Positions 29,388-39,621 of a stretch of DNA of 64,000 nt are shown one piece after another. The DNA is from Candidatus Kaiserbacteria bacterium (GTDB taxonomy: Bacteria; Patescibacteriota; Minisyncoccia; Phycocordibacterales; Phycocordibacteraceae). Every line of letters begins with the position of its first letter. Position 1 is the stretch's first letter. The stretch covers positions 212,310 to 276,309 of the forward strand of contig OY969413.1 of NCBI GenBank assembly GCA_963699165.1, written 5' to 3'. A model generated the notes under the pieces. That model was not told the origin of the DNA, did no database searches, and saw only the letters and a program-made list of their open reading frames with translations. Both the position numbers and the translations under genes were made by a program.

Positions 29388-30638
29388 ATGGATGGTGAAA
29401 GGAGAACCGGCGGCAAAAGCATCATAAAACTCGGCGTCGCTTTTGCGCTCGTCGCGGTTCTTGCTTTCGGCATCGGAGTTTCAATCGGTTCAAACGGATC
29501 TGCCGTCTCAATCGCAAATCATGTCCCGATGTTGGGCAACGGACTCGATCCGACGCCGGACCAAAACGCCGACCTCACCGATTTTTGGGAAGCATGGAAC
29601 GCGCTTCAGGCGAACTATGTCATAACGCATGCATCCTCCACGATGCCGTCCGAAAAAGACCGCATATACGGGGCAATCAGCGGCCTAGCGTCTTCCTATG
29701 GCGACCCATATACCGTTTTCTTTCCGCCGGTTCAGGCGAAGGCATTTAACGACAATATTTCCGGAAGCTTCGGAGGCGTTGGCATGGAAATTGACGAGAA
29801 GGATGGCGTGCTCACCGTAGTGGCACCGCTTAAGGGAACGCCGGCCGAAGCGGCGGGCATTAAAGCAGGTGACTTTGTCATTGCTATTAACGGCAAATCA
29901 ACAGAAGGATTGTCGGTTGACGCGGCCGTTGCGGCTATTCGCGGTCCCATCGGCAGTACCGTCAGTTTTACTCTCGTTCGAGACGGTCAAACGATTAATG
30001 TCAAAGTTGTTCGGCAAACGATTCAGGTACCGGAAACGAAAGACGGACTCGACGCCAAGACCGGCGTATACAGCATTGCGCTCTATGAATTCACCGAGAA
30101 TTCCGCGGACCTTTTCGATCAGGCGTTCGCTCGGTTTAAAGCATCGGGTTCGAAAAAGCTCATCATTGATTTGCGGGGAAATCCCGGCGGTTATCTTGAC
30201 GCGGCCGTGGACATTGCAAGCCATTTCCTTCCAAAAGGCCAGACAATCGTAACCGAGGATTTTGACGGCAAACAGCAAAACGATGTGCATACCAGCTTGG
30301 GGTACGAAGACGTGCCCGCAGGAACGAAAATCGTTGTGCTCATCGACGGCGGTTCCGCTTCGGCATCGGAAATTCTATCCGGCGCGTTGCAGGATACGCA
30401 CACCGCAACACTCATCGGAGTAAAATCGTTCGGCAAGGGCTCGGTGCAAACGCTGATAAACATTGATGGTGGTTCGCTTAAGGTGACGGTCGCCAGGTGG
30501 ATAACGCCCGCCGGGCACTGGATTATGGGCAACGGAATTACACCCGATATCGTTGTGCCGTACACGGCGGACGATGCGGCGGCGAAAACCGATCCGCAGA
30601 TGGCGCGCGCGGTGCAATTCCTCACGACCGGCAAATAA
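29388..30638 (+). CDS. ctpA: S41 carboxyl-terminal processing protease
   Basis: DPYT, PDZ domain, DLRGNPGG, SASASEI, FGKGSVQ, GITPD. Confidence 0.93.
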   Translation: MDGERRTGGKSIIKLGVAFALVAVLAFGIGVSIGSNGSAVSIANHVPMLGNGLDPTPDQNADLTDFWEAWNALQANYVITHASSTMPSEKDRIYGAISGLASSYGDPYTVFFPPVQAKAFNDNISGSFGGVGMEIDEKDGVLTVVAPLKGTPAEAAGIKAGDFVIAINGKSTEGLSVDAAVAAIRGPIGSTVSFTLVRDGQTINVKVVRQTIQVPETKDGLDAKTGVYSIALYEFTENSADLFDQAFARFKASGSKKLIIDLRGNPGGYLDAAVDIASHFLPKGQTIVTEDFDGKQQNDVHTSLGYEDVPAGTKIVVLIDGGSASASEILSGALQDTHTATLIGVKSFGKGSVQTLINIDGGSLKVTVARWITPAGHWIMGNGITPDIVVPYTADDAAAKTDPQMARAVQFLTTGK

Positions 30639-30639
30639 C

Positions 30640-30906
30640 ATGGCGCATGCGTCGCAGGAAGAATTGAACGCGCGCCTTTCAGACGCCGCCGCTCTTGTGG
30701 AAGTCGGCGCGCGGTACGTGCATTGCAAGGACGCTTCGAAAGAATACGTTGTGAAATCGCTTGCAATACTTGAATCGACCGAAGAAATTGCGGTTGTGTA
30801 CGAGGCGCAATATGGCGACGGCATTACTTTCATCCGTCCGCTTTCAAATTGGCTTGAAACGGTCGAGTGGGAAGGGAAGACCGTGCCACGTTTTCAAAAA
30901 ATCTGA
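30640..30906 (+). CDS. DUF1653-like small protein
   Basis: Y.H.K...Y.V...A...TEE..VVY...YG.....RP......V......PRF pattern. Confidence 0.8.
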   Translation: MAHASQEELNARLSDAAALVEVGARYVHCKDASKEYVVKSLAILESTEEIAVVYEAQYGDGITFIRPLSNWLETVEWEGKTVPRFQKI

Positions 30907-30946
30907 AGCGGTTGCGCGCGACCGTCGATTCAAGTAGGATGAAAAT

Positions 30947-31390
30947 ATGAAAATCGTTTTAACCAAGGATGTGAAGGGCGTCGGGCGCGCGCATGAAGTG
31001 CTTGAAATCGCGGACGGGCATGCGCTCAATTTTCTTATTCCGAAAAAGCTTGCCATTCCCGCAACGGCGTCGGCAATAAAAGAGGCGCAGGAGCGCAAGA
31101 AGCATGTCGTGGAGCGCAAGGAGCTCGACACGAAACTTGTTGCGCAAAATCTCGCGTCGCTCGCCGAGGCGCGCATCGTTATAAAAGTTAAGGCAAACGA
31201 AAAGGGGCATTTGTATGATGCGGTCGGAGAGTCGGAGATTCGCGTAGCGGCAAAGGAGCAGGCGCATGTCGATTTGCCGGAGCATTCGGTGAAGCTGGAG
31301 AAGCCGATTAAAGAACTCGGGACGTTTACCATTCCGGTCTCGTTTGGCGAATTGTTCGGGAAGTTTGAGATAATCGTCGAGGCGGAATAA
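30947..31390 (+). CDS. rplI: 50S ribosomal protein L9
   Basis: MKIVL.KDVKGVG, GHALNFLIPKKLA, PIKELG. Confidence 0.95.
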   Translation: MKIVLTKDVKGVGRAHEVLEIADGHALNFLIPKKLAIPATASAIKEAQERKKHVVERKELDTKLVAQNLASLAEARIVIKVKANEKGHLYDAVGESEIRVAAKEQAHVDLPEHSVKLEKPIKELGTFTIPVSFGELFGKFEIIVEAE

Positions 31391-31437
31391 AAATACAAAA
31401 GTCCGCGCCGCTTCGCGGCGCGGACTTTTGTATTTTT
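31389..31437. terminator. Bidirectional terminator between convergent rplI and rpmA
   Basis: AAAAATACAAAAGTCCGCGCCGC-TTC-GCGGCGCGGACTTTTGTATTTTT perfect stem. Confidence 0.85.
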
Positions 31438-31709
31438 TACAAAACGTCGACGACTTTCTTTGCAATGACGTGCCCCGTAAAGGTCGTCTTGCGGCGATTC
31501 CTGAACGCGACTTTGCCGGTTGCAATTGCAAAAAGCGTATGGTCGCGGCCGACGCGGACATTTTTCCCGGCTTCGATTTTCGTGCCGCGCTGGCGAACAA
31601 TCACCATGCCCGGTCGCGCAGAAGCGCCGTCGGCGAGCTTTACGCCGAGGTATTTAGGATTCGAATCATTAAGGTTTTTCGCTGACCCGCCAGCTTTCGT
31701 TGATGCCAT
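31437..31709 (-). CDS. rpmA: 50S ribosomal protein L27
   Basis: [32 protein letters not shown]. Confidence 0.97.
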   Translation of the reverse strand: MASTKAGGSAKNLNDSNPKYLGVKLADGASARPGMVIVRQRGTKIEAGKNVRVGRDHTLFAIATGKVAFRNRRKTTFTGHVIAKKVVDVL

Positions 31710-31728
31710 AGTGGTATAGTTTTACCTA

Positions 31729-32118
31729 ATGACTATAGCAGAAGCGCGGGAAATATGCAAAAACTTCATCGCCGCACACGCGCCTGCGGGAGGTAATTTG
31801 TCCCGGGATGCCATCGTTGTCGGCATCCTTATCCTTTCGTCGTCTTCGAGCTTTGCGTTGGGCTATTTTGCAGGAAAAGACGGCAGGGAAGCCGGTACGG
31901 TGACCGTCCAGGAGTCGCTTCTCGCCGAGACGGGAACCGCGGCAACGTCGTCGCCGCAATCCGGACAATTTGTCGCATCGAAAAGCGGGGCAAAATATTA
32001 CCTGTCTTCGTGTGCCGGAGCGTCGCGCATTTCGGACGAAAACAAAGTGTGGTTTAACTCAGCTGCAGCCGCAAAAAGCGCCGGTTATTCGCCCGCTTCA
32101 AATTGCAAAGGCCTGTGA
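31729..32118 (+). CDS. Membrane protein with a C-terminal Ada-like metal-binding domain
   Basis: TM segment then FVASKSGAKYY...C...I...N..WF.S...A..AGY.P...C. Confidence 0.7.
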   Translation: MTIAEAREICKNFIAAHAPAGGNLSRDAIVVGILILSSSSSFALGYFAGKDGREAGTVTVQESLLAETGTAATSSPQSGQFVASKSGAKYYLSSCAGASRISDENKVWFNSAAAAKSAGYSPASNCKGL

Positions 32119-32137
32119 TCTGCTAAAATCATTTTAT

Positions 32138-32899
32138 ATGGCTGATGGCGGACCCGACAAAACGCAGGACTCTAATGCATCCTCGATAAACGAGACGGCC
32201 GAACGGCTCGCAAAAGTCGTTCACGAGGGACGCCGCACCATGCCGGACGACCGACCGTTGCTCGTATGCAAACCGAGAGAAATCGAGTCGTGGCGCGTGT
32301 TCAAAATCATGTCGGAGTTCATCGAGGGATTCGACATCATTCGTCGCTACGGACTTGCCGCGTCTTTCTTTGGCAGCGCGCGCGCGACTATCGAACATGA
32401 CATGTATAAAAAAGCCGAAATTCTCGCAGGCCGTCTCGCGAAAAAAGGTTTTGCGATTATTACCGGCGGCAGCGCGGGCATCATGCAGGCCGCAAACAAA
32501 GGAGCATTCGAGGCCGGCGGCGATTCCGTCGGTCTCAACATCAATCTGCCGTCAAATCAAGGATATAACCCGTACCTCACCGAGAAATTCGGTTTCGATC
32601 ATTTCTTCGTTCGGAAAGTCATGCTCACGTACGCGTCCGAGGTGTACATTTATTTTCCCGGCGGTTTTGGCACCCTCGACGAATTTTTTGAAATCATCAC
32701 GCTTATCCAGACGAAGAAGATTCAAAAAGTGCCGGTGATTCTATTCGGGAAAGAATATTGGGAACCGCTGCTTTCGTTCATCGAACAAACTCTTTACAAA
32801 GAATCCGCCGCAATCGATAAGAATGACCTGGAACTCTACAATCTTGTCGATTCGGTGGATGAGGCCTACGATTACATCATTTCGAATCTTTCCTGTTAG
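32138..32899 (+). CDS. LOG-family (TIGR00730-like) nucleotide-binding protein
   Basis: FGSAR, TGG..GIM.AANKGA, FFVRK, PGGFGTLDE. Confidence 0.92.
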   Translation: MADGGPDKTQDSNASSINETAERLAKVVHEGRRTMPDDRPLLVCKPREIESWRVFKIMSEFIEGFDIIRRYGLAASFFGSARATIEHDMYKKAEILAGRLAKKGFAIITGGSAGIMQAANKGAFEAGGDSVGLNINLPSNQGYNPYLTEKFGFDHFFVRKVMLTYASEVYIYFPGGFGTLDEFFEIITLIQTKKIQKVPVILFGKEYWEPLLSFIEQTLYKESAAIDKNDLELYNLVDSVDEAYDYIISNLSC

Positions 32900-33107
32900 A
32901 TATGCCGCTCGACTTTAGTCAAAAACAGCTGGTTAACAAATCCCTGCATTCGCATCGGCTGAGGAAGTGGGCGCTCGTATTCAGTATTATTTCGATGCTT
33001 GCCTCGCTTGCGGTCCTTATTATCAGAATTCTGCGATAGAAACGAAAGGGAACAGGGCAGTGGATAAATCCGCTCCCCGGCCGATGAGGCATGATATCCT
33101 CTTCCCC

Positions 33108-33221
33108 ATGGCACGAGAAAAAAACACAGCGCGCAATCTTGAGTTTTATGCGTTTTGGACCGGATTTACCAGTACACTCATTAGCTTGCTTCAGGTTATC
33201 GTAATAGCCGTCAAGAAATAA
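33108..33221 (+). CDS. Possible 37-aa single-TM peptide
   Basis: MAREKNTARNLEFYAFWTGFTSTLISLLQVIVIAVKK, followed by a strong hairpin. Confidence 0.35.
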   Translation: MAREKNTARNLEFYAFWTGFTSTLISLLQVIVIAVKK

Positions 33222-33240
33222 AAGGGAACGGAACAGACGT

Positions 33241-33276
33241 CACGAAATATAGCTCCGAAAGGAGCTATATTTCGTG
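33241..33276. terminator. Strong hairpin with a GAAA loop between convergent ORFs
   Basis: CACGAAATATAGCTCC-GAAA-GGAGCTATATTTCGTG. Confidence 0.55.
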
Positions 33277-33294
33277 GGGGACTTCCGTATCCAA

Positions 33295-33322
33295 TGTGCG
33301 CACAATATATCTTTTGCGCACT
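33295..33322. other. Candidate dif (chromosome dimer resolution) site
   Basis: TGTGCGCACAA-TATATC-TTTTGCGCACT, an 11-6-11 inverted arrangement resembling the XerC arm GGTGCGCATAA; intergenic; near the gene-orientation switch. Confidence 0.6.
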
Positions 33323-33354
33323 ACTGAAAAAGCTAATACAATCTTTCTTTCAAA

Positions 33355-33729
33355 TCACGAAAGTAAATGTCTTTGAGCAAAAGCCAAGATGACGTAGATA
33401 ATTGTCATTACGATTACGATACCGATTAATGCAAACATAGTAATAACTAAAGGATGCGGCTTCTGTCGTATTTTTGGTCCGGTGTAAACGGTCTCCGAGA
33501 TTGGTTTCCTTTCCGTCATTACAAGAATTAGTCCAAGAACGCAGCCGAGGATGAAAAAACCTTGTGCAAGTATCGCAATCATGAATACAAGCAGTCCAAA
33601 CCCGAATGAGGACGATTCCTGATAAGCATAATTGTTCGTGCCAGCCATTATTGAACTCCAAGCAAGACCAATCAGGCCAATAATGGCTAGCAACCTGGCA
33701 AGATATCGGAAGAATTTTCGAATCGCCAT
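33355..33729 (-). CDS. Hypothetical membrane protein (AT-rich)
   Basis: 124 aa, three or more hydrophobic segments. Confidence 0.6.
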   Translation of the reverse strand: MAIRKFFRYLARLLAIIGLIGLAWSSIMAGTNNYAYQESSSFGFGLLVFMIAILAQGFFILGCVLGLILVMTERKPISETVYTGPKIRQKPHPLVITMFALIGIVIVMTIIYVILAFAQRHLLS

Positions 33730-33962
33730 AGTAGCAATGTTATTTTATATACGCCGTAACTAGGTTGACAATCCATTGCCAGCCGATAAGACAAAGATGA
33801 TAGATATAAGCAAAATTTGCCTGGCCGGCCGGAGAGTTGACAATTGACTGAATTGAGATGCCGAAAAATGACAACGCAAGCAGTAATACGAGCGTCCAGA
33901 AAATGAGATGCAGCATGTGTCTTCATTATACAACAAGGTTCTCCGGGTGATACTATCTGGCC

Positions 33963-34592
33963 ATGACGAGCAGTGGAATGGCGGCAGTAAGGCATTTTAA
34001 GCGGGTTGACCCGATTTTCCATGCGGCTACAAAGCGCCACCACTCTTCCCTGCCGGCGCGTCTAGCCGAGAAACGCACGAAATATGCTCTGTTTGAGTCG
34101 CTTGTGTCGACTGTCATTTCTAAGCAACTCGGTATGGCGGCGGCGGACACAATTTTCGCGCGCGTTAAACAATCGTGCGGCGGAAAGATAACCGTCGATT
34201 CGGTTCTAAAGACGCGTGACGCGAAATTACGTTTGGCCGGATTGTCGGGCGCGAAAACGAAAACGCTAAAATCAATCGCCACGGCAATTCAAAACGGCGA
34301 ACTCGATTTAATAGCGCTCAAAAAGATGCCGGAGCAAGACGCCGCAGAAAAACTCATGCGCATTTGGGGCCTTGGTCCGTGGTCGGTCGAGATGTTTATG
34401 ATGTTCGCGCTTGGCCGCGAGGATGTGTTTTCGGCGGGCGATCTCGGATTGGTTCGCGCAATGGAAACGATTTACGGCTTGTCAAAAAATTTCCCGCGGG
34501 AAAACATCCTTAAAATCGCGCAAGCATGGTCGCCGTACCGGACCTATGCATGTCTGCTCCTGTGGCGTTCTAGAGATACGAAAGCGGATTGA
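33963..34592 (+). CDS. DNA-3-methyladenine glycosylase (AlkA/HhH-GPD family)
   Basis: FESLV..VIS.QL, GLGPWS..M..MF.L.R.DVF..GDLGL, W.PYRTYA...LW. Confidence 0.9.
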   Translation: MTSSGMAAVRHFKRVDPIFHAATKRHHSSLPARLAEKRTKYALFESLVSTVISKQLGMAAADTIFARVKQSCGGKITVDSVLKTRDAKLRLAGLSGAKTKTLKSIATAIQNGELDLIALKKMPEQDAAEKLMRIWGLGPWSVEMFMMFALGREDVFSAGDLGLVRAMETIYGLSKNFPRENILKIAQAWSPYRTYACLLLWRSRDTKAD

Positions 34593-35925
34593 GATATGCA
34601 GATAGCGTTGCGACCGGCATAGTTGCGCCCCCGCACGGAGTGGTGGCTCCGCGGAATTGCTGAAGCGTTTGGATTTCGGTGCCGTCCGTTGCGTACACGC
34701 CGAAATGCAAATGCGGTCCGGTCGCATATCCCGTCATGCCGGAGAGTCCGATCACCTGCCCGGTCGCTACCGACTGCCCCTTCGAGACGTCGATTTCGGA
34801 GAGGTGCGCATACATCGTGTTGATGCCGTTTCCGTGCGTGAGCATCACCCATTTGCCGAATGAATAGCACTGATTGCCGGCCGCATCGTGCGCAAGGTCG
34901 GTATTGCCGGTAGCAAGCACCGTACCGGCAAGAGCTGCCTGAACAGGCGTCCCGATGGGAGCGGAAATATCAACGCCATCGTGTCCATGGCCGTTGTACA
35001 CCTGTGGATTCGCCGTCGAGAAATCGGTGTTGCCGAAATATTGCGTGATGCAAAAAAGATTGCCGAACACTTTTTGGCGCTGTCCGCAGTTTGCCATAAA
35101 CGCGGTGCTAAACGGCCACGACAAAACGCCCGTCCCGGTTTTCGGAAGCGAACTCGGATTTACGACCAATTTCAATTGGCTCTGCAAATTGATAAGCTGC
35201 TGCTCGAATGATTTTTCGGATGCCTCTTTCTGCGTGATGAGTTTCTGATAATTAGATTCCTGATTTTTTGTTTGCGTGAGAAGCTGTTTTTGTGCCGCTG
35301 TGGTCGCATCAACGGAGCGCTTTTGCGTCGTAAGCTGATTTTGAAGCGCCACCAGCTGCGCTTCCTCCACCGAAATCGCGTCGCGATTGCTCGCGAGCTG
35401 CATTTGCTCCGTATGGAGCGAGTCAATATGGTTTCCAAGCGCCTGATTGAATTGCAGCGTCTGGTCGGCTGCGTTCCATGCATCGCTTAACGAATTTGAA
35501 GAAATGAGCTGCATGAAAAGCGGCATCTGTTCGCCCTGGTCTATGTCGCGCAGCGCTTTCGCAATCGTATTTTGATCGGCGCCTATAGTTTGCTGCGTAT
35601 CGCCGATGGAAAAAGTCAGCTGTTGAACTTGAAGGTTCGCCGTCGCGACTTTGTTTTGCGTTACTTGCATTTGCTTGGCAAGCTGTTTTTGGGAAATCGC
35701 CAGCGTGTTGATGGTCGATTGCAGCGTACTTTTTTGCGCTCCGAGCGCGTCAAGCTGTTTTTGGTATGCGGCAATGTCCGCCTGCAACGATGCCATCTGC
35801 GAATTGTTCGCGTCGATTTGCGCCTGCAAATCGGATGCGGCATCGGCGCGTGCGAATCGCGGCGTGCCGAGAAGCCCTGCCGCACACAGCAATAAAATAA
35901 ATAAAGGAAAACCGAAATGTCTCAT
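34570..35925 (-). CDS. Coiled-coil M23 peptidase (EnvC/NlpD-like murein hydrolase)
   Basis: Signal peptide, long Q-rich coiled coil, H.G.D, YAHL, ATGPHLHF. Confidence 0.9.
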   Translation of the reverse strand: MRHFGFPLFILLLCAAGLLGTPRFARADAASDLQAQIDANNSQMASLQADIAAYQKQLDALGAQKSTLQSTINTLAISQKQLAKQMQVTQNKVATANLQVQQLTFSIGDTQQTIGADQNTIAKALRDIDQGEQMPLFMQLISSNSLSDAWNAADQTLQFNQALGNHIDSLHTEQMQLASNRDAISVEEAQLVALQNQLTTQKRSVDATTAAQKQLLTQTKNQESNYQKLITQKEASEKSFEQQLINLQSQLKLVVNPSSLPKTGTGVLSWPFSTAFMANCGQRQKVFGNLFCITQYFGNTDFSTANPQVYNGHGHDGVDISAPIGTPVQAALAGTVLATGNTDLAHDAAGNQCYSFGKWVMLTHGNGINTMYAHLSEIDVSKGQSVATGQVIGLSGMTGYATGPHLHFGVYATDGTEIQTLQQFRGATTPCGGATMPVATLSAYLNPLSYL

Positions 35926-37364
35926 TCTCCGAGTATAGCAACCGCATCATCGACTCGCGAAATGCTTTCATTCGGACCGAGGATTGAAATAAGCGTGAAC
36001 GGGTCGGGCGAACGTTCTTTCCCGGAGAGGGCATATCTGAGCGGCCAGAGAACAGCGCCGCGTCCCCCCTTCCCTTTTGCTTCCTCGGCGTCGGCAATCA
36101 GCATAACGGCATTCTTTACGGCATCAGCCGACGCCCCGTCTGAGACCGATTTTAGGGCCTTAGAGAGCGTTTTTAGGGCCGATTTGGTCATTCCGGGGCG
36201 GTCAGCGGGTTCCTTTGCTACGAGCTGTTCTTGATGCATAGTCGGCTTTCCGAAAAGACAGGACAATTCGCCGACGAGCATTTCGCGCGCCTCGGCAAAT
36301 GTGTGTGCTCGTTCTTTTAGGAGCGGTACTGCCGCACGAAGTGTATCCGTATTGTTCATCTCGAAATTGCCTCTCGCGATGAATTCTTCGGTCGAAAGCG
36401 CGCGCATCCAGTGCTGATTTATCGAACGAAGTTTTACTTCATCGAAGCCCGCGCCCGATGCTTGAATGCGGTCGAGTTCAAACGCGGCAATGAGTTCCCC
36501 TTTCGAAAACATTTCTTGCGGCGTTCCTGGATTCCAACCGAGCAGCGCGAGAAAGTTCATAAGGGCTTCCGGCAAATATCCTTCTGCGCGATAGTCGAGA
36601 ATATCTTTTGCGCCGTCGCGTTTGCTCAATTTCTTTTTGCCGCTTGGTGCGAGAATCGGCGGGAGGGTCGCAAACTCCGGCGGCGCAATGCCGAGCGACT
36701 CGTACAGCGAAAGGAATTTCGGCATCGATGAAATAAATTCTTCGCCGCGCATGACGTGGGTTACGCCAATTTCGATATCGTCAACGATGTGCGCAAAATT
36801 GTAGGTCGGATAGCCGTCGCTTTTTATCAAAATAAAATCGTCGACGGCTTCCTCCCCTGCCGAAAGTTTGCCGCGCACGAGATCATTCCATTCGTAGCGG
36901 ACGATCCTCGGCGCTCGAAATCGCAGCGGTTTCGAATCGTCCCACGGCTCGATAGTGTCCGGGCGGTAGTCGCGGAAAAGAAACGGACGCTTTTCTTCGG
37001 CTGCTTTATTTCGCAATGCTTCAAGTTCTCTTTCCGAATACGGATCGGGGTATGCATGGCCGGCCGCAATAAGTTTACGTGCGTACACTCGGTACGATTC
37101 GAGTCGTTCGGATTGGAGATACGGCGCATGCGGACCGCCTTTGTCGATACCCTCGTCCCATTCGATGCCGAGCCATGAGAGCGATTCGACAATATGCGGA
37201 ATTGCACCGGCAACCTCGCGCTCCTTATCGGTGTCTTCGATTCGCAGAATGAATCGCCCGCCATACTTTCTGGCATACAGCCACGAGTAGAGCGCGCTGC
37301 GAGCGCCACCGACGTGCATGAACCCCGTCGGTGAAGGCGCAAAGCGTGTGACGACGGTGCTCAT
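35922..37364 (-). CDS. gltX: Glutamate--tRNA ligase
   Basis: TRFAPSPTG.MHVG, LRIEDTD, KKLSKR. Confidence 0.96.
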   Translation of the reverse strand: MSTVVTRFAPSPTGFMHVGGARSALYSWLYARKYGGRFILRIEDTDKEREVAGAIPHIVESLSWLGIEWDEGIDKGGPHAPYLQSERLESYRVYARKLIAAGHAYPDPYSERELEALRNKAAEEKRPFLFRDYRPDTIEPWDDSKPLRFRAPRIVRYEWNDLVRGKLSAGEEAVDDFILIKSDGYPTYNFAHIVDDIEIGVTHVMRGEEFISSMPKFLSLYESLGIAPPEFATLPPILAPSGKKKLSKRDGAKDILDYRAEGYLPEALMNFLALLGWNPGTPQEMFSKGELIAAFELDRIQASGAGFDEVKLRSINQHWMRALSTEEFIARGNFEMNNTDTLRAAVPLLKERAHTFAEAREMLVGELSCLFGKPTMHQEQLVAKEPADRPGMTKSALKTLSKALKSVSDGASADAVKNAVMLIADAEEAKGKGGRGAVLWPLRYALSGKERSPDPFTLISILGPNESISRVDDAVAILGE

Positions 37365-38500
37365 GATTCGTGGGATAGCCCGATGGCAAGAATTTCTTTT
37401 GCCAAAATACGCGCGGCATCCGGATCGGTAAAACCTTTCGCCGATTCACCCATGCGCTTTGCAAGTTCCGGGTCGCCGAGTATGCGTTGAATTTCGGAAA
37501 CAAGAAGATGCGGCGTTAAGTTTTCTTCTTCAAGCACAATCGCGGCTCCAGTTCGTGCGTAGGCGTAAGCGTTTGTGCGCTGGTCGTGGCTCACCGATTC
37601 CGGTATCGGAATGATAATCGCCGGTTTTTTCCAAATACCGATTTCCGAAATCGAATTGGCACCCGCGCGGGAGATAACGATGCTCGCGACGCCGGCCACC
37701 CGCTGCAACGAAATCTCCGAAAGATAATTTATCGGATGATACCGGGCGGCGTGCTGGTTTTTCTCGAGTTCGACCTGCGCAACCGCCTGCACGCTTTTGA
37801 AATGCGCCTGTCCTGTTTGGTGAATGACGTTGGCGAATGCTACCAGCTGGGGCAGCGACGTAAGAATGACCTCGTTGATTTTTGCCGCGCCCTGCGAGCC
37901 GCCCAAAACGAGAATAGTCGGAATATCCGTTTCAAGACCCAAATATTGCCGTGCGCCCTGCGTTTCAACGCGCGTAAGCGCTTTGCGAATAGGAATGCCG
38001 GTACGCGCGATTTTATCCTGAACTTTTGCGGGAAAATACTGCGCCGCACTCTCAAACGATATGGCGATTTTTTTTGCGAATTTTGCGGCGAGCAGATTGG
38101 CGCGTCCCGGCTTTGCATCCGATTCGTGAATGACAATCGGAATGCGCAGGAGCCGCGCGGCGAGCACGGTCGGAATGCTTCCGTATCCGCCTTTACTCAC
38201 AACGACATCCGGATACAAGCGGAACAGTGCGAGCACGGCGTATATCGTCGAGCCCAGGGTGATGAAAGAATCGGTTATATTTTGAAACGATGAATAGCGC
38301 CGCAGCTTCCCCGCCGGGATGCGAATATAGGCAACGCCGTTTTCAAATAGCGCTTTCTCGTCAAACGAGTTCGGCGCAAGATAATACATGACTGGCTCGA
38401 TAAGATGCTCTTCGCGGGCAATGTCATTTATCGCCTCCGCAATTGCGACAATCGGATAAAAATGTCCGCCCGTTCCTCCCCCGGTAAAAACTATTTTCAT
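37361..38500 (-). CDS. murG: Undecaprenyl-PP-MurNAc-pentapeptide GlcNAc transferase
   Basis: TGGGTGGH, KGGY, LGGSQGA, SRAGA, HDQ..NA. Confidence 0.95.
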   Translation of the reverse strand: MKIVFTGGGTGGHFYPIVAIAEAINDIAREEHLIEPVMYYLAPNSFDEKALFENGVAYIRIPAGKLRRYSSFQNITDSFITLGSTIYAVLALFRLYPDVVVSKGGYGSIPTVLAARLLRIPIVIHESDAKPGRANLLAAKFAKKIAISFESAAQYFPAKVQDKIARTGIPIRKALTRVETQGARQYLGLETDIPTILVLGGSQGAAKINEVILTSLPQLVAFANVIHQTGQAHFKSVQAVAQVELEKNQHAARYHPINYLSEISLQRVAGVASIVISRAGANSISEIGIWKKPAIIIPIPESVSHDQRTNAYAYARTGAAIVLEEENLTPHLLVSEIQRILGDPELAKRMGESAKGFTDPDAARILAKEILAIGLSHES

Positions 38501-38516
38501 GGTTTCAGTATACCAA

Positions 38517-39614
38517 TTATGTTTTGCGATGTGCGGCCACGTTTAGGATGCAGCCGCACATAAACAGCGTCGTCATAAGCGCCGTTCCGCCATGCGAAAT
38601 AAACGGCAGCGGCATGCCGGTAAGCGGAATAATGCCGAGCATGGCGCAGATGTTGATAAACGCCTGCAAAATAATAACGAAAGAAAATCCGAGCGCCACG
38701 AGCGCCCCGAACGTATCGCGCGAGTTCCCCGCAATCACCACGCCGCGCGCCGCAAGCCCGATAAAAAACGCGAGCAGAATAAGAGCGCCGACGAAACCGG
38801 TCTCCTCGCCGTAAACGGCAAAGACCGAATCGCCGTCCGGCTCGGGCAGGTAATTGAATTTCTCGACACTCTGGCCGAATCCCCTGCCGAGCAGACCACC
38901 GGAGCCGATGGCAATAAGCGACTGCTGAATTTGATACCCGCTGCCTAATGAATTTGCGGACGGATGAATGAATGTCGTCACACGTTCAAGCACGTACGGG
39001 CGGACCGCGACGATGATGCCAAAACCGATGACGACGGTCAGTGCCAATATGCCGAAGTCGCGCCATGGTGCGCCCGAAACGAAATACATGACCGCGCCCG
39101 TCGCGAGAATGAGAATCGTGGTCGACGTGTTCGGCTGTGCAAGCAACAGCGCAGACGGCACCGCGAGAATAAGGAGGAACGGAAAAAATCCCTGTTTGGG
39201 ATTCGCGAGCTGCCGTGCTCGCGGCGCGAGCCACCACGCAAGCAGCAGTACAAAACCGATTTTCAAAAATTCGGCGGGCTGCAGCGTGGTGAATCCGAGA
39301 TTTATCCAGCGCGTCGCACCGCCCGAATGGAACCCAATGCCCGGCACGAAGACGAGCGCCGTAAATAGGGCCGTTGCGATAAAAATATGCGGAGAAAATC
39401 GCTTGAGTTGAGAAAGCGGTATAAGGCGCGCAGCGATAAAGGCAAGAATGCCGAGACCGAATCCGAGCACTGCCTGAACTAATATGTCATGTGACACCGA
39501 GCTGTTCTCGCGCGCCAACAGGCCGAGCGCCGCCGAGGAAAAAATCGCAAAGCCCGCAAGCGATATGCACAGCACGATTGCGAGGAACATGCGGTCGCCG
39601 GAAATAATCTTCAT
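38517..39614 (-). CDS. ftsW: SEDS peptidoglycan polymerase FtsW
   Basis: GATRWI, QPAEFLK, GYQIQQS, PLTG..LPFIS.GG; between mraY and murG. Confidence 0.9.
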   Translation of the reverse strand: MKIISGDRMFLAIVLCISLAGFAIFSSAALGLLARENSSVSHDILVQAVLGFGLGILAFIAARLIPLSQLKRFSPHIFIATALFTALVFVPGIGFHSGGATRWINLGFTTLQPAEFLKIGFVLLLAWWLAPRARQLANPKQGFFPFLLILAVPSALLLAQPNTSTTILILATGAVMYFVSGAPWRDFGILALTVVIGFGIIVAVRPYVLERVTTFIHPSANSLGSGYQIQQSLIAIGSGGLLGRGFGQSVEKFNYLPEPDGDSVFAVYGEETGFVGALILLAFFIGLAARGVVIAGNSRDTFGALVALGFSFVIILQAFINICAMLGIIPLTGMPLPFISHGGTALMTTLFMCGCILNVAAHRKT

Positions 39615-39621
39615 GGCACGG

